Shown here: in pieces, positions 29,379-38,032 of the stretch | Numbering within the stretch: the first letter of the stretch is position 1 | How the letters are laid out: the number at the start of each line of letters is the position of its first letter | From: Nitrososphaerota archaeon | GTDB lineage: Archaea; Thermoproteota; Nitrososphaeria; Nitrososphaerales; Nitrosopumilaceae | Length of the DNA: 64,000 nucleotides | Assembly: GCA_028867755.1 (NCBI GenBank) | Contig: JAGWFT010000001.1 | Span: 260,727 to 324,726, forward strand | Reading direction: 5' to 3' | Notes under the pieces: generated by a model | The model's database searches: none | What the model saw: only the letters and a program-made list of their open reading frames with translations | What the model was told of the DNA's origin: nothing | Program-made: the position numbers and the translations under genes

Positions 29379-29453
29379 GGGCCGATGGTCTAGCCTGGTT
29401 AGGATACCCCCCTGACACGGGGGTGGTCGAGAGTTCAAATCTCTCTCGGCCCA
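29379..29453 (+). tRNA. tRNA-Val(GAC)
   Basis: GGGCCGA/TCGGCCC acceptor stem, CCCCC-CTGACAC-GGGGG anticodon arm, GTTCAAATC T loop. Confidence 0.96.
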
Positions 29454-29622
29454 TTTTATCTCACTTTACGGGCAACGTTGCGGCCCGAACTTAATCGAGA
29501 ATGAACAGGTGACTGTTTGAATCCTCTGCGCGATCAGAAATTATTTTTCCAGTACAACCTTTCCGTTTGGCAGTACTGCAACAAATCTCCAACCTTCCAA
29601 GATGAGATTCTCTGTCTGCTCG

Positions 29623-30924
29623 CTAGATGCTACTCTCTGACCTCGGACTTGCAGATGCCATCATCTTGAGCATCTCTTGCACCTGTTCAGGGGCAGCTCT
29701 TGCAATCAAACTTTGAAACTCTTCTTTCTGTTTTTGCAGTGGATCTTTTACGGTTGTTTCCAAATCAAGCAACTCCTCACTTCTCTTGAAAGCTTCTTGC
29801 ATTTCTTTCACCAAGACTTCGGCCAAGACTCCCTTGTTTGTCGTGTACTTTGCTTCAATGGATCCCTTGTGTCCCATGAAGAAAACACGAAAGTCATGTG
29901 CAATCTTTCCCCTTGCTTCTGCGATTAGGAGCTGCGTGTCAAAGTATGCACGAAGTACATACGGTCTCCATGTGAATCGCGGTCTGAAGGTATTTCTGAC
30001 CACATTTGAGATGCGCACCGTGAGTAGGAACTTGTTTCCATCTCTTCCTTGTCTTCCGTAATTGTAATCCTTGTTTGGTGCAATCACGGCTGACTCGGAA
30101 TTGAGCATCTCGCCTTTTGCTAGTCTATCATTGAGGTATGCAAGTACTCTTTTTGCTCCTCCATCTGACAGAAAAGTAAAGTATTGGTGTCTTGCTTTTG
30201 AGAGAGTTCTGCGCACAATTATCTTTGCAGGTTCTTGTCGAAAGGTTGCAATTCCATTTGTGATAGCCAAGTCGGGCAGGTCCTTTATCAAAAGGCCGTC
30301 TGTTCCGTCATGATTTCCAAGAACTTCGGGTCTTAGTCCTGCTTTTGCCATCAGTGATATGATTGCACCTTCTCGAAGAGCTGCCCTGCTTAGTATCTCT
30401 GACATCTCGTCTGCATCAGGCACCCGTTCGTTTTCCAGTGTCGGAGTGCTGTCTGCATCTGCTATCTTTAACCTCCGTTTTATCTGGATGTCAAAGTGCC
30501 TCAGCCATGACTTCAAAGCTGTCATCATTGCCTCTATGTATTGTGGGGCATAGTCTTCCTGCTCCATCCACGTTATGTGGTCTTGGAGCAAGTCAGTTAC
30601 CGCCCTTAGATCCCTCATGCCAAGTTCTGCAAGCTCCATTGGTGTCATCTTGTGCACCTCGCAGAAGCGAATCAGCCTGCGTGATCTTGTCTCGGCAGTT
30701 ATCGGGCTTCCTCTTGCAATGTTGTCATACCATCTCTTTATGTCAGAGTTTTCAAGCAGCTTGCGCGTCTTGTTTTCTCGTTGCTTTTTGGCAGTGGTTA
30801 TGATTGTGTTGTGTGTTGTTTTTCCCATATCAGACTGCCCACTTGCTTTGCGCAAGCAGTCCTCATCGAGAATTTTAGCAATTGTATCATTATTTAGCTT
30901 TGTTACAATATTGGTAGGATCCAT
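29623..30924 (-). CDS. Tyrosine recombinase / site-specific integrase
   Basis: AGLRPEV (catalytic R), RPYVLRAYF (H/Y-x-x-R), FFMGHKG and KYT (Tyr) motifs; the C-terminal tail may be frameshifted. Confidence 0.9.
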   Translation of the reverse strand: MDPTNIVTKLNNDTIAKILDEDCLRKASGQSDMGKTTHNTIITTAKKQRENKTRKLLENSDIKRWYDNIARGSPITAETRSRRLIRFCEVHKMTPMELAELGMRDLRAVTDLLQDHITWMEQEDYAPQYIEAMMTALKSWLRHFDIQIKRRLKIADADSTPTLENERVPDADEMSEILSRAALREGAIISLMAKAGLRPEVLGNHDGTDGLLIKDLPDLAITNGIATFRQEPAKIIVRRTLSKARHQYFTFLSDGGAKRVLAYLNDRLAKGEMLNSESAVIAPNKDYNYGRQGRDGNKFLLTVRISNVVRNTFRPRFTWRPYVLRAYFDTQLLIAEARGKIAHDFRVFFMGHKGSIEAKYTTNKGVLAEVLVKEMQEAFKRSEELLDLETTVKDPLQKQKEEFQSLIARAAPEQVQEMLKMMASASPRSESSI

Positions 30925-31156
30925 TGGTTCTACATTATTGTCTGCGCGGAGGATATATCTGAGGTCTGGCGCCCTATCCTTATATATTCAGGCACGAGGT
31001 CTAGCAGGAACTTATTTTAGGACATTGGATCTTTTGCGGGGGAGAAAATAAACTCCATTCTGTTTTTGGAGATGGCTCAGTGAGTTTTATCTGTGACACG
31101 CCCTCACTCTGTACGGTGCACCATAATATTGAAAGAGTGATTCCTGCAAAAAACTA

Positions 31157-31339
31157 TTAATCGTTTTCATCCTCAACAACCTCACAAAACTCCAAACTCT
31201 TGACCTCTTTTAGGTTGTCATACTGCCTGCACGTCAACTTTACGCGATATTCGTCTTTTTCTCCCCTAAACTTGAAACGAACAAGAATTTTCTTGCTAGA
31301 AGAGTCTGGTTGCTCATCTTTCATTGGTGGAAAGTGCAT
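31157..31339 (-). CDS. Small hypothetical protein
   Basis: 60-aa ORF with a plausible composition inside the island. Confidence 0.5.
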   Translation of the reverse strand: MHFPPMKDEQPDSSSKKILVRFKFRGEKDEYRVKLTCRQYDNLKEVKSLEFCEVVEDEND

Positions 31340-31580
31340 AACCGTATAATTTTAAATGTACCGGACAGTTGTACATAGATAACAATTAATCTCTCTATCG
31401 GTTCGAGTCAGATGTAGCTAGATTTTAAAATCATTAATTTACTATTTGTCAATGCCTGATTTTAGTAGCAATAAAATAATTGCAATGATCACATTTCCAA
31501 ATACTCATTTCTTTACCGGATGAAAAATACATCTGACCTTTTTTACACATGGAACAAACTTCCCCTGCTGTTATCGTGCA

Positions 31581-32006
31581 CTAGTCACCCCCTGATCTAA
31601 CCTTTGAGGAAATGAGATCTATCTCCGCTTTGCTGAATCTGGAAGATCGTTGTATCTCGTCTATCATTTCCATGTATTTTGAATGAGTTATTTCAGCGCC
31701 AAGTTTGGAAAGATGATCGTTGTAAATTATTCTTCCAAACATGGTATGTCTATACACGTTTTGATCTTTTGTCACAAGACCTAGCTTGACAAGATGTCGG
31801 AGCCGTGAATAATACTGCTTCTTTGAAAGTCCCATTTCTGAATGGGTGCTGGTTTGGGATTTCATCCCATCTCTTGTTGCAATAAAGATTTTCAGTGCGT
31901 CTGGTTTTGATATGAGTGATAACAAATCAATTATCTTCTGTATATGCTCGTCACTTTTGGTGGGCAGTTTACTATCATAGAAATTATAATTATCCTTACT
32001 TTCCAA
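31581..32006 (-). CDS. ArsR-like winged-helix transcription regulator
   Basis: LISKPDALKIF...MGLSKKQYYSRLRHLVKLGLVTK. Confidence 0.75.
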   Translation of the reverse strand: MESKDNYNFYDSKLPTKSDEHIQKIIDLLSLISKPDALKIFIATRDGMKSQTSTHSEMGLSKKQYYSRLRHLVKLGLVTKDQNVYRHTMFGRIIYNDHLSKLGAEITHSKYMEMIDEIQRSSRFSKAEIDLISSKVRSGGD

Positions 32007-32077
32007 GACATTACCTATTCTCCTTGGACACCTTAATGAAGATTCCTTTCTTTCCTTACTATCAAGGTAAGATTGTC

Positions 32078-32248
32078 ATGTCAAAGGAATCAAAACGTGA
32101 GATACTTGGAATGAGTATGATTACCTACAAGTTTCAGGTTACTGTACCAAAGAAGGTCAGAGAGAAACATAGGCTCAAGGAAGGGGACACATTGGCATTT
32201 GTAGAAGAGCATGGACGAATTTACGTTGCAAAGAGTACCGAGGTATAA
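32078..32248 (+). CDS. Stand-alone AbrB/SpoVT-family DNA-binding protein (56 aa)
   Basis: ITYKFQVTVPKKVREKHRLKEGDTLAFVEE; start reset to the ATG at 32078. Confidence 0.8.
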   Translation: MSKESKREILGMSMITYKFQVTVPKKVREKHRLKEGDTLAFVEEHGRIYVAKSTEV

Positions 32249-32363
32249 AGGACAATCTCAAATCTATGGCTATTGTCCCAATTTTTTATTTATGATTAAA
32301 TTTCAAAGATGTTTTAACTCCTGCCATTTCAGAATCTGACTTGAATATGTAGAGTTTTCATTT

Positions 32364-33494
32364 CTATTGAATTGACGCTGGTGCAGTTATCTCAATTTGT
32401 GACACACCATATTGAAATGGAATACTAATAATCCTGCTCTGAGACGTAGTTGTTTGATTATATCGAACTTCTGCCCCGTCTTCTAGAACAATAAATGCAC
32501 TGTCCTGACCATTAATTTTTGAATCTATCAATGCTCTTGGCAGATCCGCTATCAGCGTTCCATTTCCTGTGGTTTTCATTGATAAAATAAGTTCCTTGTT
32601 TATTATGTCAGCCTTGGCTTGTTCAATTTCACCTCCTGTAATTGTATAACTGAAAAAGTAGGTAGAGTTTTTTCCATTAATCAATAGTGAAATTTTCTCA
32701 AGTTGTGGTATTGATGTATCCAACCCGACCAGTCGAAGTATTGCAAGATCATCTGGGTTTGTGCAAGAGTTGGCGTAGGTTGGAGGATAGAAACATGTCT
32801 TGTTTGGTTTTATGACGGCATAATTGTCAACACCATTTCCAGTCACTTTCTCAATATAGATATCAGAGCCAAACCTTTGTGCTGTAAAGTTGTAGTTGCT
32901 TGAGTGTAATGGACATGGCATCCTAAATGTCTCGCATGGGTCAGGAACTCCGCTGCTTGCATTGAGTGTGACTGTCTGAATTGCATTTTCTGTGGACTGT
33001 GGAAGTGCCAAGACCCAGCCATACATCCAAGGGTGTGGTTCTGTGTCATATTGAAACTCACCTACCTTTGTAAAGGTGAAATTAAATGACTTGCCAGGAA
33101 GTAGTAACATGCTGTTGGCAGAGCGGGTTACATTCCAAAAGAGGGGATCATCATGATTGTCAGCCACGATGGTATGCGCAGCGCTTGGGGACTCGTTAGT
33201 CCACTTGACCGTATTATTTATGCCAAGAACAACCACTAGATACCTTGGCTCGTAATTTTTTCCTGAGCTTGGATCTTCAGCACCTGCTGGAATTATAATA
33301 TTTGAAATACTTGTAATGGTTTGGTTTATTTCTGTAGATGCATTTTGGATAGAGCTCGTGTTAGCCAAGGGTTGACTTGGAATCATTGGGCAGAATGTGC
33401 ACGGAGATCTGTTCTCGTGCAACGTAAAAAGAGAGATTGAGACAATCACTGCTATTGCCATCGAAGCAATTATGGCAAAAACTAGAATCTTCAT
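32364..33494 (-). CDS. Membrane-anchored cupredoxin-fold protein
   Basis: N-terminal TM helix; VKWTN...AHT...F.FTFTKVGEFQY...HPWM.G. Confidence 0.75.
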   Translation of the reverse strand: MKILVFAIIASMAIAVIVSISLFTLHENRSPCTFCPMIPSQPLANTSSIQNASTEINQTITSISNIIIPAGAEDPSSGKNYEPRYLVVVLGINNTVKWTNESPSAAHTIVADNHDDPLFWNVTRSANSMLLLPGKSFNFTFTKVGEFQYDTEPHPWMYGWVLALPQSTENAIQTVTLNASSGVPDPCETFRMPCPLHSSNYNFTAQRFGSDIYIEKVTGNGVDNYAVIKPNKTCFYPPTYANSCTNPDDLAILRLVGLDTSIPQLEKISLLINGKNSTYFFSYTITGGEIEQAKADIINKELILSMKTTGNGTLIADLPRALIDSKINGQDSAFIVLEDGAEVRYNQTTTSQSRIISIPFQYGVSQIEITAPASIQ

Positions 33495-33496
33495 AT

Positions 33497-35353
33497 CTAT
33501 TTCACCGGGATGTATCCTACCTTGAATCCAGCAGTGCTGTCAATGTGAAAATCATACGGTTCTGCAGGACAGAACCATTGGTTATTATTTTCAAGCCACG
33601 GAAAATCATTTTGCTTTAGTGTGGAATTTTCATATCCTACGGCAAAAGGCATTGGCACGCAAAATATTGTCAGTCCATAAAGTCCTTTGTGATTTCCTGT
33701 TTTTATCCAGTAAACGATAGTTGAGTCACCTGCAGAAATTGTATTGTTGCCAGAATCATTCCAAGCTGATACATCTTTGGCACTCTGGGTCAGATTATTT
33801 GCCTCTGAGATTCCAATCCCTATTCGTACTGGAAAATCATTTAGGTTGTGATACCTTACACAAATCTTTCCAGTAGAGTTTAGAGGCATGTAGAGTGTTG
33901 GTATTCCTTGGTACTTTTGCGGGTATGGATCTTGACATGGCTCAAACGAGGCAGGCAAGGTCTGGTTTCTTTGATTTGTCACTGTGAAACTTGCTTGTGC
34001 TGTTTTGTTGTCAAGCAAGACTGTCATCGTATAGGTACCAGTCTTGTTGATAACTGGGCTTCCCGCAGGTCCTGCTACAACGTAAGTAAAAGTGGAAAAG
34101 GCCAGCTGTGGATCTTCAGAGTGTACTATACAACAGTTGTTCCAGACCTGTGTACCATTTGAATCAAGAATTGTCACATCGGGAATGATGCCGCCGAATT
34201 CATATCCTGTATATCTTACTGTTGCGTTGATTGGTTGGCCAGCAAAATAATTTTGTTGCAATCCAACTATACTCATATTCTTGATGAGAGGCTCGGGATG
34301 GGTTGTCCCAAGAGCCCATCCCCACATAATGAGCTTGGTTGCAGCAAGTGGATGTACACAAGCCGGAGTAAAATCTTCTGCCTTGAGAATCAACTGAAAA
34401 CCTCCCCTACAATGAAAATCCTGAGGCAGTGTACCTGGAAACATTTTGCGTTGTTGTAAAGGACTTAGAGATTGCAGATATTGATGGATATCAAAATTAA
34501 GAATAAAGTGCGATGTCGTATAGTTCTCTCCGTATTGCGCTAATACCGTATAGTTGCCAGAATAGTAAAATGCGGCTGGTGGGACTGTCCATGCATAGCT
34601 CTCATTTGACCAGAGCGGGAAAAGTTTGGAAATTACTTCTTGATGATGAGAGTCAAATATCTTGATTACCAGTGGCAATTTGCTGTTGGGGTTGGCGATA
34701 TGACCTGAAATTATTATTTTATCTTCGGCGGTGTAATTTTGAAGATTAGTGGTCACGGAGATTGCAGGAGAGGTATTGGGAGTCGTTTGATTTTCTGCAA
34801 GTATGGCAATCTCCAGAGGCTTTGACCATATTGATTCCATATGAGCGGGTATCCCTTCAGAATTAATACTTGCAATAGAATAGACCGTATAATTTCCAGG
34901 CTTGTCAAGTACGATTTCAGGAAATCCACCATACCCTGATACCCACCGACCAGTGGTAGACATGTCAGGCTTGAGAGACTCGTCGATACCTACTGTGGCA
35001 GTGGCGTCTGGCCAAATAAAAGAGGTGTCGCCATTTTGATCAAGAACCTCTATCTCAAAAAGTGGTTCGCCGTGTGTTATTGTTGCAACATTGTTTCCTG
35101 CATTTATCAAATGTGGTATAACTGAAAATTTTTCACCTGTTTTGTATTCTGTTTTGTTTATTTCCTGAGTCACTATTAGCATGGTCCCATTGTATGCAAG
35201 CCCAGTTTTTATGGCATTATCACGTTCCTGCAATATTTCTTTTGCAGTCTGTTGTGCAAAAACACTTTGCGATACAATTATGGAAGATGCAATAAGAATT
35301 ACAATTATTGAGAGGTGTAGAGTTTTCACGCTTGATATGGACGGTACAGACAT
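33497..35353 (-). CDS. Large secreted/surface protein with Ig-like modules
   Basis: Signal peptide; C.GGFQLILKAED.TPACV.P..A.KL..WGW module typical of thaumarchaeal surface proteins. Confidence 0.75.
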   Translation of the reverse strand: MSVPSISSVKTLHLSIIVILIASSIIVSQSVFAQQTAKEILQERDNAIKTGLAYNGTMLIVTQEINKTEYKTGEKFSVIPHLINAGNNVATITHGEPLFEIEVLDQNGDTSFIWPDATATVGIDESLKPDMSTTGRWVSGYGGFPEIVLDKPGNYTVYSIASINSEGIPAHMESIWSKPLEIAILAENQTTPNTSPAISVTTNLQNYTAEDKIIISGHIANPNSKLPLVIKIFDSHHQEVISKLFPLWSNESYAWTVPPAAFYYSGNYTVLAQYGENYTTSHFILNFDIHQYLQSLSPLQQRKMFPGTLPQDFHCRGGFQLILKAEDFTPACVHPLAATKLIMWGWALGTTHPEPLIKNMSIVGLQQNYFAGQPINATVRYTGYEFGGIIPDVTILDSNGTQVWNNCCIVHSEDPQLAFSTFTYVVAGPAGSPVINKTGTYTMTVLLDNKTAQASFTVTNQRNQTLPASFEPCQDPYPQKYQGIPTLYMPLNSTGKICVRYHNLNDFPVRIGIGISEANNLTQSAKDVSAWNDSGNNTISAGDSTIVYWIKTGNHKGLYGLTIFCVPMPFAVGYENSTLKQNDFPWLENNNQWFCPAEPYDFHIDSTAGFKVGYIPVK

Positions 35354-35426
35354 GGTTTAAAAAAGTGGCGTAGAATTGCAAATATCAACGGCATAGCTTA
35401 ACTAGTGCATATCATTTTTTATTGTC

Positions 35427-35588
35427 ATGAAAAAGAAATTTGTGTATCTTATTGTTGCTGTGATAGCTGTAGTGTTATCTTTTGTCCCTGTTTTTCCATA
35501 TCTTCCCCCATGCCCTCCTGCTACAGAGCCTTGCATGACACCGATGGAACATGTGTCACTTGTAGGGTACGTCTTCTCATACCTATAA
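35427..35588 (+). CDS. Small membrane peptide (53 aa)
   Basis: Hand translation: MKKKFVYLIVAVIAVVLSFVPVFPYLPPCPPATEPCMTPMEHVSLVGYVFSYL. Confidence 0.55.
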   Translation: MKKKFVYLIVAVIAVVLSFVPVFPYLPPCPPATEPCMTPMEHVSLVGYVFSYL

Positions 35589-35756
35589 AAAACTGATCTA
35601 AATAGAATTCAAATCCCTACATTGTAATTAATGAATTTAGTTATGTGATTTTAACTATCCATTCCTAGTCTGGTAAGGCCCATCTACTGTATCAGATAAT
35701 CTCGACCCCACAAAACACGGCTAGATTATAATACCAAATCCCTGTATCTTGACTGG

Positions 35757-36158
35757 ATGCCTGACAAATTTTCGAGAGAGACGAGAAGCAAGATAATGTC
35801 ATCCATAAGATCCAAGAACACAAAGCCTGAAACCACAGTAAGGCATCTTTTGTGGTCAATGGGAAAGCGTTATCGTATACATGACAAATCAATTTTTGGC
35901 ACCCCTGACATATCCAGTAAAAAAAACAGGGTTGCAGTTTTCATTGATGGTTGTTTCTGGCACGGCTGCAAATTGTGTTATCAAAAACCAAGAACCAACA
36001 CAGAGTTTTGGAGCAACAAAATTGAAACCAACAGGAAACGAAGGAAATCTGTCATGTCTAGACTGAAAAAGGATGGATGGCGTGTGCTAGAGATATGGGA
36101 ACACGATGTTGAATCAAAACCCCAGAATGTGGTCAGGCGAATATCGAAGATGCTTTAA
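35757..36158 (+). CDS. vsr: Very short patch repair endonuclease
   Basis: RSKIMSSIRSKNTKPE, GTPDI, FIDGCFWHGC, WRVLEIWEH. Confidence 0.95.
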   Translation: MPDKFSRETRSKIMSSIRSKNTKPETTVRHLLWSMGKRYRIHDKSIFGTPDISSKKNRVAVFIDGCFWHGCKLCYQKPRTNTEFWSNKIETNRKRRKSVMSRLKKDGWRVLEIWEHDVESKPQNVVRRISKML

Positions 36159-36163
36159 AAAAA

Positions 36164-37363
36164 TCAATATGACGTTTTTACCCAACGGCTAGATTTCACT
36201 TCCAGTTTTATTTCCAACAGTTCTTTTATGGATTCTGCTATTGCTTTTGCAAACAGTGGCGGAACGGCGTTGCCTATCTGTATGAATTGTTTTGTGCGTG
36301 GTCCTTCGAAAACATAATTGTCACCAAATGACTGGAGTCGTGCAGCTTCTCTGGGTGTAATGCTTCTGTTTTGTTTTGTGTCCGGATGAATATGCATCAG
36401 TCCGTCCTTTGACAGGTGTGCGATTATTGTGGACGATGGCCTGTTCCATGGCATCTTCTTGAACCTGTCCTGGAAGATGTCCTTTCTGTAAGGATTGTAT
36501 CTTTTTGGCAGATCCTTTATCCATTGTCCTGGCTTCAGCAGATGAAAGATTTCAAGATCCCTCTCGTTGTGTGTCCTTGCCACATGACCGTGTACACCAT
36601 CAGATCCTTGTCTCATTTTTGTTTGATAATGGCTTTGATTTTCAGTGTACGGATAAGCAGAAAATTCTCTTCCTTCCCCCGCATGTATCTTCGGAAGATC
36701 AGACAATGCTGAACATACAGTCTCATATGGTTTTCTCCCTTTTGGATCTTCCTTCAGTGGATCATAATGTGAATGCTTCAACACAGGATTTTGTAGACCC
36801 AGCTTGTTTCCTATTGCCAACACCCTTGTCCTGAATTGCGGTACGCCAAAATTTGCAACTTCCTCAAGATAAAAGGTTACATCGTATTTTCCCGCGAGCT
36901 CGTTTTCTATCTCATCTTTGATAGTACCGTCACTCATGGAGAACATTCTTGGCACGTTTTCCATCACAAAAAATTTTGGTTGCAGCCCTTTTACCAATCT
37001 GAAAAATTCTCGGTATAATGTGTTCAGTGGGTGTCTGCGATTGGTTGATCTTCCCATTGATCTGAGTTTTGCACAGGCAATTGTGCTAAACGCTTGACAA
37101 GGAGGCCCACCTGCAAGAACATCTATTTCTCTGCTATTGATTTCCCTTAACACATTATCAACTGTAAGATTTTCGATCTTATACTCAACTGCATTACCAT
37201 GATATTTTCTGAAAGTATCTAATGACCATTTGTCACAGTCAACTCCAAGAAGAGTCTCAAAACCTGCTTGCTTGAATCCCTCTGAGAGACCACCTGCACC
37301 ACAAAAGAGATCTACTACCGTATGTTTTTGCTTCAATTCTATATGATTACAATTTGAGATCAC
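36164..37363 (-). CDS. dcm: DNA (cytosine-5) methyltransferase
   Basis: DLFCGAGG, GGPPCQAFS, FVMENV, QFRTR, TPREAARLQSF, QIGNAVPP. Confidence 0.96.
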   Translation of the reverse strand: MISNCNHIELKQKHTVVDLFCGAGGLSEGFKQAGFETLLGVDCDKWSLDTFRKYHGNAVEYKIENLTVDNVLREINSREIDVLAGGPPCQAFSTIACAKLRSMGRSTNRRHPLNTLYREFFRLVKGLQPKFFVMENVPRMFSMSDGTIKDEIENELAGKYDVTFYLEEVANFGVPQFRTRVLAIGNKLGLQNPVLKHSHYDPLKEDPKGRKPYETVCSALSDLPKIHAGEGREFSAYPYTENQSHYQTKMRQGSDGVHGHVARTHNERDLEIFHLLKPGQWIKDLPKRYNPYRKDIFQDRFKKMPWNRPSSTIIAHLSKDGLMHIHPDTKQNRSITPREAARLQSFGDNYVFEGPRTKQFIQIGNAVPPLFAKAIAESIKELLEIKLEVKSSRWVKTSY

Positions 37364-37420
37364 ATGTCACCATGTGATCTAAATTAGACAAACTGATAAA
37401 AATTAGAGCCATGACCTAAT

Positions 37421-38032
37421 TTATTCCCCAAGTTGTCGAAAATTATGAGGATGTCCATCCTCAGGAATCATATTTCTGTTACAAATTCCAGTCATAAGAT
37501 CCTTCAACTCATTTTCCTCATCATAGGTAAATTTTTTCTTAAACACATCCCCTAACCATTCTCTGATTTTCCTTGTAGACCCATTGTAGGTAAGATATTC
37601 ATTTTCTAATCCTAAGGATGTGATTTTTTTAGTTACGGGATAAAATCTCTTCTTTCTGTCACTCAAGATTTTTAGTGCTGCTGATTCTAGTCTCACATAC
37701 AGTTTTTTAGGTTGACCTGTTTTGTGAACTATTTCCTCGATTCCAATTTCATTAAGGATATTCTGTGTTTTTTTATTCACTTCAAACGCTGTGAATACAA
37801 TCCCCGGAACAGACTTCCCCTTGAAAAACAATTCCCTGAAAACTTCATACCCTTCCTTGCCTTTGGCCAGTTTTATGTCAGCCACAATGAAGTCAATTCC
37901 ACCCTTAAGTAATTCTTTGATGGCCTGCTTAACCGTAGTTACGCCAACTACTTCAAATTTGGTTATTGTCATATTCAAAATCCTGAGCATAGATCCATCA
38001 TTTTCTACTATGAGCATTTTTCTCTTATCCAC
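37421..38032 (-). CDS. Response-regulator receiver-domain protein
   Basis: LIVEND, FIVADIKL (phospho-Asp), VFTA; overlaps the kinase stop codon. Confidence 0.8.
   Translation of the reverse strand: MDKRKMLIVENDGSMLRILNMTITKFEVVGVTTVKQAIKELLKGGIDFIVADIKLAKGKEGYEVFRELFFKGKSVPGIVFTAFEVNKKTQNILNEIGIEEIVHKTGQPKKLYVRLESAALKILSDRKKRFYPVTKKITSLGLENEYLTYNGSTRKIREWLGDVFKKKFTYDEENELKDLMTGICNRNMIPEDGHPHNFRQLGE

Noticed and set aside
30575-31051. 158-aa plus-strand ORF and other ORFs antisense to the integrase
   Set aside because: Shadow frames of a higher-GC gene.
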